From Minisyncoccota bacterium (lineage in GTDB: Bacteria > Patescibacteriota > Minisyncoccia > Phycocordibacterales > UBA2100): DNA of 48,229 bases. Each line of letters opens with the position of its first letter. The stretch's first letter is position 1. A model generated the notes under the pieces. The model made no database searches and was not told where the DNA came from. It saw only the letters and a program-made list of their open reading frames with translations. Positions 1 to 9,860 of the stretch are shown here, in pieces. The position numbers and the translations under genes are program-made. The stretch spans positions 1 to 48,229 of the forward strand of contig DATJXE010000004.1 in NCBI GenBank assembly GCA_035500505.1. The letters run 5' to 3'.

Positions 1-3000
1 TCTGCAATATGCGGCGCGAAGGGAGCAAGGAGCGTGAGGAAGGTGTTCCATTCGGTCCGCGACACGGAACCTGCCTTTTCCATGGCGTTGAGCAGTATCA
101 TGAGCGCGCTGATGGCGGTGTTGAATTTAAGCGCGTCGATATCTTCACCGACTTTTTTTATGGTCCGATGAAAAAGCGGAGAAAGTTTGCTTTCCGATGA
201 TGTTACCGATTCGCTCGATCTGACCACCCGTTCGATAAAACGTCGCACGCCGACTACTCCGTCTGGGTTCCAGGGATAGCTCGCAACCTCGTTATACGGG
301 CCTATAAAGGCCAAATACATGCGAACGGTGTCTGCTCCCAGCCTGTTCACGACATCGTCCGGATCGACGACATTCCCCTTCGATTTGCTCATTTTTTGCC
401 CATCCGGGCCGAGGATAATGCCCCGGTTCATGCGCCTCGTATACGGCTCGTTGTCCGCTACCAGTCCGGCATCAAAGAGCGCCTTGTGCCAAAAACGACT
501 GTAGAGCAAGTGCATCGTCGTGTGCTCCGCGCCGCCGGAATAAAGATCGATAGGCATCCAGTTCGCTTGTTTATCTTTCGCAGCAAACTCTTTTTCATTT
601 TTCGGATCCGTGTAGCGCAAAAAATACCACGACGAATCGACGAACGTATCGAGGGTATCCGTCTCGCGCTCCGCATCGCCTTTGCACTGCGGACACTTCA
701 CGTTCACGAACGGCTTCACTTTTGCGAGCGGCGACTTCCCTTTTCCATCCGGCAAAAAGTCGTCCGTCTCGGGCAAAAGAACGGGCAACTCCCCTTCCGG
801 GACCGGCACGGTGCCGCATTTCGGACAATGAATGATCGGGATCGGTGCGCCCCAGTACCTCTGGCGCGACACTATCCAATCGCGCAATCTGTACGTCGTT
901 TTCTTCCGGCCGAATTCCTCGGTCATTGCCTGTCGTGCTTCTTGGCTCGACATGCCGTTGAAATTCCCGGAGTTCGTCAGGTATCCCTCGCCGACATACC
1001 AGGATTTTCCTTGTAATCGTTGCAGCACGAGAGAAAAGTCCCCTCGATTGATGAATGCCGTCATGTCTTTTGAGTCCACCCAGACAACTTTTTGTATAGA
1101 TGCTTCCTCTTGGGAAACTTCGATGCGCGCACCGCTTTTGAGCTTGAAGAGCAAAGGAGTGAAGTGACCGACGACATTTCTCTTCCGGAAGGCACCGTAA
1201 AAATTGCTGTGAACAACGCCTCCTAGCTCTTTGACGAATTCCAAATCTGTGTAGCCAGTTTCCTCGCGTATTTCGCGTTCTGCTGCTTGCTGTGGCGTCT
1301 CACCTTTCTCGATCTGACCTCCAACGAACCCATGAGCGTCTCCGGCGCTGTACGCTAGGCACAGATACGAGGGATCTTTCCAATGTTCCACAACAGCAAT
1401 GATTGCGACGCGTTGCACTCCCGGAATGTCCGTTCGGAACGCATCCGGCCCGCTCGTGCGCACGACCAGGGGTTCAACAACCTCTTTGATAGGTAAATCA
1501 AATTTCTTCGCGAATTCAAAGTCGCGTTCGTCGTGCGCGGGCACGGCCATGATGGCACCGGTGCCATAGCCTGCGAGTACGTAATCGGCGATGAAAAGCG
1601 GGATCTTCTCCCCTGTCGCAGGGTTGAGAGCCTCAACTCCTTCGAGCTTCACGCCCGTCTTTTCTTTCGTCTCCTGCTGTCGTTCAAGTTCAGTCTTCTT
1701 GCTCGCCTGCGTCACATACTTCGCGACTTCGTCGTTATTCTTGAGAACGTTCTTATGTTCCAGCGCGAGCGTCACCCACGGATGCTCCGGCGCGAGCACG
1801 AGGTACGTGGCGCCGAAAAGAGTGTCCACGCGTGTCGTGAAGACGCGGATTGTTGGCCGAAGCCACATTAATACATCCGGTTCTTTGTCACCGGTAAAAT
1901 GTTCTTTTGCGGCCATAGTTTCTACAAGCTGCGCGTCAATTTTAGGCGCAAGCCAACGTATATAGTCGATGCGGGTCTGGGGTTCTTGCAGGTCAGAAAG
2001 GAGCAAGCGGCTCGGAGCAAGCTTCTTTATCAATTCGTAGTCGATGTCCCATTTAAAAGTATCGTGAAATTCTCGCTTTTGGGCATTCGGAAACGCTGGG
2101 TCAATCGCGGGAGCGATAAGTACGAGTCGTGCGATCTTCTTCTTTGATTTCATCAGCGCCTTCATCGCGACAATGGCACCAAGGCTATGTCCTACGACGA
2201 TCGTGTCTTCGTCCCAATCGGTTGCCGCGAGAGCCGTCGCAACCTGTTCCTCTTCGACCGGATGATCCGTGTTCGGAAGATCTGGAATAACGACCGTGTG
2301 TCCGAATTCTTCGAGGTGTTTTCTATACCAGTGATTGCGCGGTCGGTCAGCGCGACTCGTATATCCGTGTAAGTACAAATAGGTATATTTCTTTCCAAGG
2401 TCCAGGCCAAAATCTATTTCTGCACCTTCGGAGCGGCCGATCCAATTGCGCTGGGATTCCTTGATCGGCTCCGGCCAGTCCAATTTTTCTAGATCGTCGA
2501 CGAGCCGGTCGGCGTAGTCGGTAATCTTGATGTTCCACTGCAGCATTTCTTTCTGCACGACCTCGTGTCCACAGCGCTCGCACTTGCCGTCCACCACCTG
2601 CTCGTTGGCGAGCACGGTCTTGTCGTTCGGGCACCAGTTGACCATTGTTTCCTTCCGATAGACGAGATCCGACTTGTAGAGCTGAAGAAAAAGCCACTGC
2701 GTCCACTTGTAGTAGTCCGGATGGCAAGTGACGACCTCGCGCGACCAATCAAAAGACGCGCCCATCGAACGGATCTGCTTGCGCATGTACTCGATGTTGT
2801 CTTCCGTCCAATCGCGCGGATTCACTTTGTTCTTTATCGCTGCGTTCTCCGCAGGCAATCCGAATGCGTCGAACCCTATTGGGTAGAGCACGTTCTTCCC
2901 TTCCATCCGCAATTTACGGGCCAAAATATCCGGCACGGCAAATGAATACCAGTGCCCAACATGGAGGTTGCCCGAAGGATACGGAAACTCGACGAGCAGA

Positions 3001-3107
3001 TAGAAATTAGCTTGACCGGAAACGTCGTCCTTGGTCTCGTAGAGGTTCGCTTTCGCCCAGGCTTCCTGCCATTTTTTCTCGATTTTCTTGTGGTCGTACG
3101 ACTTCAT
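1..3107 (-). CDS. leuS: leucyl-tRNA synthetase, C-terminus cut by the window edge (1035 codons visible), with two in-frame inserted domains
   Basis: Absent from the ORF track because it has no stop inside the window. My minus-strand translation from the ATG at 3105-3107 (in-frame TAG upstream at 3117-3119) stays open to nt 1. Motifs read: PYPSGNLHVGH (HIGH), TTRVDTLFGATY and GTGAIMAVPAHDERD (CP1 editing), RDWIVSRQRYWGAPIP, QKMSKSKGN (KMSKS), and Cys-pair zinc knuckles CERCG and CPKCG..CPQCKG. Confidence 0.92.
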   Translation of the reverse strand, partial: MKSYDHKKIEKKWQEAWAKANLYETKDDVSGQANFYLLVEFPYPSGNLHVGHWYSFAVPDILARKLRMEGKNVLYPIGFDAFGLPAENAAIKNKVNPRDWTEDNIEYMRKQIRSMGASFDWSREVVTCHPDYYKWTQWLFLQLYKSDLVYRKETMVNWCPNDKTVLANEQVVDGKCERCGHEVVQKEMLQWNIKITDYADRLVDDLEKLDWPEPIKESQRNWIGRSEGAEIDFGLDLGKKYTYLYLHGYTSRADRPRNHWYRKHLEEFGHTVVIPDLPNTDHPVEEEQVATALAATDWDEDTIVVGHSLGAIVAMKALMKSKKKIARLVLIAPAIDPAFPNAQKREFHDTFKWDIDYELIKKLAPSRLLLSDLQEPQTRIDYIRWLAPKIDAQLVETMAAKEHFTGDKEPDVLMWLRPTIRVFTTRVDTLFGATYLVLAPEHPWVTLALEHKNVLKNNDEVAKYVTQASKKTELERQQETKEKTGVKLEGVEALNPATGEKIPLFIADYVLAGYGTGAIMAVPAHDERDFEFAKKFDLPIKEVVEPLVVRTSGPDAFRTDIPGVQRVAIIAVVEHWKDPSYLCLAYSAGDAHGFVGGQIEKGETPQQAAEREIREETGYTDLEFVKELGGVVHSNFYGAFRKRNVVGHFTPLLFKLKSGARIEVSQEEASIQKVVWVDSKDMTAFINRGDFSLVLQRLQGKSWYVGEGYLTNSGNFNGMSSQEARQAMTEEFGRKKTTYRLRDWIVSRQRYWGAPIPIIHCPKCGTVPVPEGELPVLLPETDDFLPDGKGKSPLAKVKPFVNVKCPQCKGDAERETDTLDTFVDSSWYFLRYTDPKNEKEFAAKDKQANWMPIDLYSGGAEHTTMHLLYSRFWHKALFDAGLVADNEPYTRRMNRGIILGPDGQKMSKSKGNVVDPDDVVNRLGADTVRMYLAFIGPYNEVASYPWNPDGVVGVRRFIERVVRSSESVTSSESKLSPLFHRTIKKVGEDIDALKFNTAISALMILLNAMEKAGSVSRTEWNTFLTLLAPFAPHIA
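993..1472 (-). other. LeuRS in-frame insertion 2: Nudix hydrolase domain
   Basis: About aa 546-705, between FDLPIKEVVE and GYLTNSGNFNG. Contains a complete Nudix box, GGQIEKGETPQQAAEREIREETGY (Gx5Ex7REUxEExGU), encoded at about 1251-1319. Confidence 0.75.
1854..2408 (-). other. LeuRS in-frame insertion 1: alpha/beta serine-hydrolase domain (YdeN/RBBP9-like)
   Basis: About aa 234-418, between RSEGAEIDF and IRVFTTRVDT, where E. coli LeuRS (from memory) has about 9 residues. Contains YLYLHGYTSRADRPRNHWY, VVIPDLPNTDHP and the nucleophile elbow VGHSLGA. The Ser codon is confirmed at 2184-2186. This stretch looks more AT-rich than the flanking core. Confidence 0.6.
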
Positions 3108-3168
3108 CTGGACAGCCTATCATGGCTCTGCGCAGCCCTAAAGCACTTTTCTGGGCTATACTCTTGCC

Positions 3169-3384
3169 ATGGACACCTTACAGAGATGGCTTTTATACGT
3201 TACCAACAACGAGGAAGTCTCCCGCCACGAGGTCGGGTTCGATATCGGCTTTTTCATCGTGAACACTATTGCCGCGGTCGTCGGCAGCGTGCTCTTCATC
3301 GTCAACAATGAGGCTCAGTGGGTGCCTATTCTGGTCATCGAGTATATCTGGGCACTCGATACGATACGCCACAACCGCGAATAG
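3169..3384 (+). CDS. small hydrophobic protein (71 aa), function unknown
   Basis: ORF track entry. It fills the gap between leuS and the next gene. Two hydrophobic segments are visible (IGFFIVNTIAAVVGSVLFIV and WVPILVIEYIW), and third codon positions look GC-rich. Confidence 0.4.
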   Translation: MDTLQRWLLYVTNNEEVSRHEVGFDIGFFIVNTIAAVVGSVLFIVNNEAQWVPILVIEYIWALDTIRHNRE

Positions 3385-3388
3385 CGGC

Positions 3389-4339
3389 CTATTTGGTGGG
3401 CGGATAGCGCGAGGGGTCGATGGTGCGTGAGAAGCACTGCGTGCCCGCCTCGTGATACCACGAATCGCTCATATCGCGCGCGCCTGGCGAACCCGAAGGG
3501 ATCGGTATCGTGAGTTCATTTTGCGTGATGGCGTTGGGGTCCGTTACCGAATTGAAGGTCGCGCACAACTTGAACCCGAGTTTTCCGAGTACTTCGTATT
3601 GGTACGGCTGTCCCGTCTGTGTATCGTTCGGCACGCTGACGCCCGCGAGCGGATCGTTGAGCTCGTTCAGCGTCGTCGGCAAAACGCGCTTCTGTTGCCA
3701 GTACGTCACGACCTCGCTTTGGATGATCTGCAGGTCGTTCACTTTCTGTTCGTCGAGCATGTAGTCACGCGCTTGCATCGGCGTTCCGATGATGAGAAAG
3801 CCGCTCCCGACAGTAAGAATAATAAGGATGCCACAGCCCCATGCGATGGCTTTCGCTTTTTGGGCGTTCTCTTCCCAGTAACCGCCTAGATCGGCGATGA
3901 AATGCAAGAAGCCCGCGCCGGCGACGAGCAGCACGAGTAGCACCTTAAGGATGAATCGTTCGGATATCTCGCCGTTGAGGAAATACATGATGAGCGTTAT
4001 CAAATCCACGGCGAGCGTCGCCGCAGCGACGAAGAGCGTCAGGTAGAGCGCCCATCGGCGGACCCAAATATCGCGGCGGGAAGGATCCTTCTTGATCGAA
4101 TTGTGAATGACGCGTATGAGGACGAGGAATATCGGGAAAAGGACGATGAGCGACGCCATCTCGTAGGAAACACCGCCTTGATACGGATTTCCGGAATAGT
4201 ACGAAGCGAGCTGGTCGGGAAAGGCGTAATTGATATAGTCGAAGACGAGCGCGAGGAACGAGAACACGCTCACGTACAGCGTCACCAGCGCCCCTGCCCA
4301 CAAAAAGAAATCCTTCGGCGTGACCCTTGGTTTGTCCAT
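3389..4339 (-). CDS. multi-pass membrane protein (N-terminal region resembles DUF5671) with an extracytoplasmic C-terminal domain
   Basis: 316-aa ORF with four or more hydrophobic helices. The DUF5671 assignment is from memory of Parcubacteria-type proteins and is not verified. Confidence 0.6.
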   Translation of the reverse strand: MDKPRVTPKDFFLWAGALVTLYVSVFSFLALVFDYINYAFPDQLASYYSGNPYQGGVSYEMASLIVLFPIFLVLIRVIHNSIKKDPSRRDIWVRRWALYLTLFVAAATLAVDLITLIMYFLNGEISERFILKVLLVLLVAGAGFLHFIADLGGYWEENAQKAKAIAWGCGILIILTVGSGFLIIGTPMQARDYMLDEQKVNDLQIIQSEVVTYWQQKRVLPTTLNELNDPLAGVSVPNDTQTGQPYQYEVLGKLGFKLCATFNSVTDPNAITQNELTIPIPSGSPGARDMSDSWYHEAGTQCFSRTIDPSRYPPTK

Positions 4340-4341
4340 AG

Positions 4342-4629
4342 TTATTTTAAGATTATTTTATGTTCTACCCTGGTAATACGTTTCTCGTGGTCTACCAAGG
4401 TTACCGCATCTTTGTCCACGGCGCGAGCAATCGGACGTATCTCGCTTAGAAGTTCTTCCTTTGCATCATCTATCATTGAAGCCACTGTCGCAGGAAAAAC
4501 ATCAAAGCGTTCGCTTAACGAAACAACAACCCCTTGTAATGTTTTAACAGATGTCGAGACTGTTTCGAGAGATTCCAACAACGTTTCCATAGATTTTGAC
4601 AACGTTTCAACAGATGCTCCCTTCGACAT
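4342..4629 (-). CDS. hypothetical helical protein (95 aa)
   Basis: ORF track entry, tightly packed between neighbours (2-nt gap to 4339). Contains repetitive ETL/VKTL heptad-like segments. Confidence 0.5.
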   Translation of the reverse strand: MSKGASVETLSKSMETLLESLETVSTSVKTLQGVVVSLSERFDVFPATVASMIDDAKEELLSEIRPIARAVDKDAVTLVDHEKRITRVEHKIILK

Positions 4630-4653
4630 AAATTACCATCCTACCACACGCTT

Positions 4654-5763
4654 CTAGCCGTGTTTGAACTCCATCACGTCGCCATCCTGAACGACATACT
4701 CCTTCCCCTCCGAGCGTACCAACCCCTTTTCGCGAGCCTTCACCCACGAGCCACATTCGAGCAGCGTGTCCCAGTGGATAACGTCGGCCCGGATGAACTT
4801 GTCTCGGAAATCGGTATGGATGGCGGCGCCCGCATCCGGCGCTCTGTCCCCGCGATGGACGGTCCATGCGCGAGATTCATCTTCCCCTGTCGTGAAGAAC
4901 GAGATGAGTTTGAGGAGCGAATACCCGGCTTTGATAAGTGCGTCGATGCCGTCCTCGCTCATGCCGAGTTCCCGTCTAAAATCCATGCGTTCGTCGTCGT
5001 GCACGTCGGAAAGCTCACGTTCGACCCCGGCATCCAGCATGACATAGCCTGCATCGGAGGAATCGAGGAAATTCTTGAGGGCTTTCCAACGCTCCCCCGC
5101 CTCGGCGTCAACGTTCAAGACACCGCTTTTCTTGTTCAAGATATACAGGACCGGTTTCAGCGTAAGAAGATGAAGACCGCGTATCGTCGCCTGCTCTTCC
5201 TCGCTAAGCGGCACGGAACGGGCGGTCATACCGAGCTTGAGCGCGGGCACGACCTTCTCCAGAGCGTCCCGTTCCGCTATCGCCTCTTTGTCGCCGCTTT
5301 TGGCGTCGCGTGAGACGCGTTCCAGGCGTTTTTCGGCCGTTTGCATGTCCGCGAGCGCAAGTTCGAGATCGATGACCTCGATATCGCGTAAAGGATCGAC
5401 TTCGCCTTGTACGTGGTGCACGTCCTCGTCATCGAATACGCGCACGACCTCTGCGATGGCGTCCACCTCGCGGATATGCGAAAGGAACTGGTTGCCCAAG
5501 CCTTCGCCCTCAGATGCGCCTTTTACCAAACCCGCGATATCCACGAATTCGACGGCCGCCGGTATTTTCTTTGCCGATCGCGACATCGCAGCGAGCTTGT
5601 CGAGGCGAACGTCAGGGACCGCGACGACGCCAACGTTGGGATCGATGGTATTGAACGGATAATTCTCCGCAGGCACGCCTTTTTTCGTGAGTGCATTAAA
5701 AAGCGTCGATTTGCCGACGTTGGGAAGTCCGACGATGCCGATGGAGAGTGCCATGGAGCGCAA
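4654..5763 (-). CDS. ychF: ribosome-binding ATPase YchF
   Basis: G1 motif GIVGLPNVGKSTLFNALT, DIAGLVKGASEGEGLGNQFL, and a C-terminal TGS-like end VVQDGDVMEFK. Confidence 0.95.
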   Translation of the reverse strand: MRSMALSIGIVGLPNVGKSTLFNALTKKGVPAENYPFNTIDPNVGVVAVPDVRLDKLAAMSRSAKKIPAAVEFVDIAGLVKGASEGEGLGNQFLSHIREVDAIAEVVRVFDDEDVHHVQGEVDPLRDIEVIDLELALADMQTAEKRLERVSRDAKSGDKEAIAERDALEKVVPALKLGMTARSVPLSEEEQATIRGLHLLTLKPVLYILNKKSGVLNVDAEAGERWKALKNFLDSSDAGYVMLDAGVERELSDVHDDERMDFRRELGMSEDGIDALIKAGYSLLKLISFFTTGEDESRAWTVHRGDRAPDAGAAIHTDFRDKFIRADVIHWDTLLECGSWVKAREKGLVRSEGKEYVVQDGDVMEFKHG

Positions 5764-5788
5764 TACTAGCCGAATTTTCTACGAGGCG

Positions 5789-6406
5789 CTATATCCCGCG
5801 CTTGCCGAGCTTTTCTACGATGCCGACCCATTTAGCTTTATGCGCGTCGGAAATGTGTTCCGCAGGCCCGAACCATGTCGTGCGCACCTTGAACCCCGCG
5901 AACCACAATATTCCCCACTTGAGCTGGGCGTTCACGTTGCCCGGGAGAAATCGCACTATCCACGGCGCGGTGCCGCTCGTGATGACGATGCGAGCGGTCT
6001 TGCCGCGAAAAAGCCGGTGCCAGAATATGGTGTTCGTGCCGTGTTTTGTCTTGATGTAGCGAAAGGCGGAACCTGGCAGCCAGGCCCGGTCGAACAGGCC
6101 CTTCAGTATGGCGGGCATGCCGACCCACCAGACAGGGTGAATCACGACGAAATGGTCCGCCCAATGCACGAGTTCCTGGAATCTTTTGAGGTCGGGCTCA
6201 AGGTCCTGTATCGCCCGGTAGCCGAGGTGCAAAACGGGATCGAACTGCATTTCGCCGATATTGAGGCGCTGCACGTCGTGCCGGCCCTCCTTTGCCGCCT
6301 GTTCATATGCATCCGCGAGCGCGCCGCACAAGCCGCTCCTGTCCGGATGTCCGAGCAACAAAAATATCTTTTTCGGGGGCATGTCAATAAATACAACGCT
6401 GTTCAA
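5789..6406 (-). CDS. flavodoxin-like-fold NAD(P)H dehydrogenase (quinone), KefF/MdaB-like
   Basis: KIFLLLGHPDRSG plus HPVWWVGMPAILKGLFDRAWLPGSAF, typical of the Flavodoxin_2 family. The true start may be the Met at 6382. Confidence 0.8.
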   Translation of the reverse strand: MNSVVFIDMPPKKIFLLLGHPDRSGLCGALADAYEQAAKEGRHDVQRLNIGEMQFDPVLHLGYRAIQDLEPDLKRFQELVHWADHFVVIHPVWWVGMPAILKGLFDRAWLPGSAFRYIKTKHGTNTIFWHRLFRGKTARIVITSGTAPWIVRFLPGNVNAQLKWGILWFAGFKVRTTWFGPAEHISDAHKAKWVGIVEKLGKRGI

Positions 6407-6561
6407 TCCCCTGCCGAGTCGTCCTCTTCCACGGATTCTTCTTCGGCCAGAGGATTTTTGTCTTTCATTTCGAGTGCAACCTCGTCGTTCGGGGTCTCTT
6501 CCTCGTTCTCTTCCTCGTCGTCGGGATCATTCTTTTTTCTGTAATCCTCGATCATCGTCAT
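6403..6561 (-). CDS. small, extremely acidic protein (52 aa)
   Basis: C-terminal part of ORF 6403..6834, starting at the internal MTMIEDY. Its start overlaps the stop of the upstream RNHCP gene, and its stop overlaps the ATG of the downstream gene. The sequence is low complexity (D/E-rich). Confidence 0.35.
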   Translation of the reverse strand: MTMIEDYRKKNDPDDEEENEEETPNDEVALEMKDKNPLAEEESVEEDDSAGD

Positions 6562-6865
6562 GCTCCAATGATGCCAGGTTTGCTTGAAAGCGCAATGAGC
6601 GCGTCGGCGGCGTCCTGCGTCGAAACGTCCACGCGGCGTATCGCGCCGCACTCGGTGCACCGATGGACGATACGGTAGTTCGGACTGGACCCTTCGAGCG
6701 TTATTGGTTCCATCATCCCCTTGCACGTCGCCGCACGATCTCCCGGTTCGATATCCACATGCCTGCTCCAGAGACATTTCGGGCAGTGGTTGGTGTAGCC
6801 CGTGCCTGCGACGCGCGCGCCGCAGTGGGTGCACACGAAATCTTCCTTACGGCGGGTGAACGACA

Positions 6866-6866
<1 letters not shown>
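6558..6866 (-). CDS. RNHCP domain protein (zinc-ribbon-like)
   Basis: YTNHCPKCLWSRHVD motif plus additional Cys pairs (CTHCG, CTECG). The start overlaps the atpC stop as TAATG. Confidence 0.7.
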
Positions 6867-8492
<1,626 letters not shown>

Positions 8493-8518
8493 TTACTTGT
8501 TTTTTTATTGCTGACAAA

Positions 8519-9421
8519 TCATTTCATCGCCTCGATGCCGGACGTAATCTCAGAAACTTCTCGCGTGATGGCGGCCTGGCGGACTTTGTTGAATACACGG
8601 GTGAAGTCCTTCGCCTTCTCTTTCGCCTTGTCGGTCGCGCTTTTCATCGCGACCATGCGGGCCGAGTGTTCGGACGCTTTCGATTCGAGAAGTGCATGGA
8701 ATACGGCGATGTTGAGAAGCCTGGGCAAGAGTTCTGCGAGCACCGAATCGGCATCGGGTTCGATGGTATATGCCGCAGGTCGCGCCGCCGCTTCCGATTG
8801 CTGCGGCGCATAACGGCCGCGCACGGGGCGAATGCCTTCGACTATTCTTTTCATCGTTTCGGGCTTGATGGGAATTATCTGGTGTACTGTGGGCGCCTGT
8901 TCGAACGTGGAGATGAAATTCTGGTAGACGACGAAAGCCGAGGTAATGTCGTCACGGCGGATGATGTCTTTCGTGACTTCCTGCACTTCCGATTCGGCGA
9001 TGTCATCGCTCACGTTCGTTTTGTTGAGCCCCATCGTGAAGCCGCGCGAGGCGAAGAAATCCCCGCCGCGGCGGCCGAACGCGTAGATGAGGACGTCTTT
9101 TTTGTCGTATCCGCCGACGAGCGTTTGCGCGCGACGAATGACGTTGCTGTTCAGTGAACCTGCGAGCCCTTTGTCGCTCGTGATGACGATGACCGCTGTT
9201 TTCCCCGCACGTTCCTGCATGAGCGGATGCCGTGCGACATCGGCGGTGCCGGACAAACGCTCCAGGACGGAAAGCGCGGCCGCCGCATACGCCCGGCCGC
9301 CAAGCGCGCGTTCTTGTGCTTTGCGCATCTTCACGGCGGAAACCGCCTCCATGGCATGCGTTACAGTCCCAGTCTTTTTGTACGAGAGTATCTTGAGCTT
9401 TATGTTCTTGAGAGATGCCAT
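8519..9421 (-). CDS. atpG: F1 ATP synthase gamma subunit
   Basis: N-terminus SLKNIKLKILSYKKT and C-terminus AAITREVSEITSGIEA, characteristic of gamma. Operon position agrees. Confidence 0.93.
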   Translation of the reverse strand: MASLKNIKLKILSYKKTGTVTHAMEAVSAVKMRKAQERALGGRAYAAAALSVLERLSGTADVARHPLMQERAGKTAVIVITSDKGLAGSLNSNVIRRAQTLVGGYDKKDVLIYAFGRRGGDFFASRGFTMGLNKTNVSDDIAESEVQEVTKDIIRRDDITSAFVVYQNFISTFEQAPTVHQIIPIKPETMKRIVEGIRPVRGRYAPQQSEAAARPAAYTIEPDADSVLAELLPRLLNIAVFHALLESKASEHSARMVAMKSATDKAKEKAKDFTRVFNKVRQAAITREVSEITSGIEAMK

Positions 9422-9422
9422 G

Positions 9423-9857
9423 CTATGCCATTAGACGATCCTTATATTTGGTGAGAAAGGGCTGGAATTGAGAATGCATCGGTTTAGGAAATTCGCCTAT
9501 CTTAAACCATCGTACCTCAAGAAACTTGTTCGGTTCACCATTCTTCACCTTCGTCGGATCAACTTTTACTTTGAAGTCGAACGATATCCAGTGGGTTTTC
9601 GTTCCCTCTTGTTCTCGAAAGATGTCTCGATATCCTAGAAATTCCTGCTCCACTATGTTGGTACAATATTCTTCAGCTATTTCTTTTTTCAGAGTTCCTT
9701 CAACAGTTTCATCAAAATCAACACTTCCCCCTCCGACATCCCATCTGCCGTGCTCGTCACGACAGTTGTTACTTCGCAAGCTCATAAGGACGTTGCCCTT
9801 GCCATCGTGGCAGAAGTACGAGACTGTGACGCCCGGATAATCGGCTCCTTTTCTCAT
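9423..9857 (-). CDS. Nudix-family hydrolase inserted between atpA and atpG
   Basis: Nudix-like box GGSVDFDETVEGTLKKEIAEEY (Gx5Ex7[K]EIxEE). Gaps to atpA and atpG are 3 nt and 1 nt. A spot count of one 60-nt line gives about 42% GC, against 52-63% in atpA lines. Confidence 0.8.
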   Translation of the reverse strand: MRKGADYPGVTVSYFCHDGKGNVLMSLRSNNCRDEHGRWDVGGGSVDFDETVEGTLKKEIAEEYCTNIVEQEFLGYRDIFREQEGTKTHWISFDFKVKVDPTKVKNGEPNKFLEVRWFKIGEFPKPMHSQFQPFLTKYKDRLMA

Positions 9858-9860
9858 ATA

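Noticed and set aside
993-2408. Inteins as an explanation for the two LeuRS insertions.
   Set aside because: The junctions lack a Cys/Ser/Thr N-terminal nucleophile and a HN-(C/S/T) C-terminal splice motif. No endonuclease or Hint blocks are visible. The inserts instead carry hydrolase motifs (GHSLGA, Nudix box).
319-3311. Many 60-200-aa ORFs in the track between 1 and 3311 (for example 396..1016+, 2565..2945+, 2347..2748-, 2952..3311+).
   Set aside because: All are out-of-frame or antisense to the continuous LeuRS reading frame (1..3107, minus). The track omits that frame only because it has no stop inside the window.
6403-6834. The full 143-aa ORF 6403..6834.
   Set aside because: Its first ~90 codons overlap the RNHCP-motif gene in another frame and are Arg-rich. 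Only the last 52 codons, after the RNHCP stop, are considered possibly coding.
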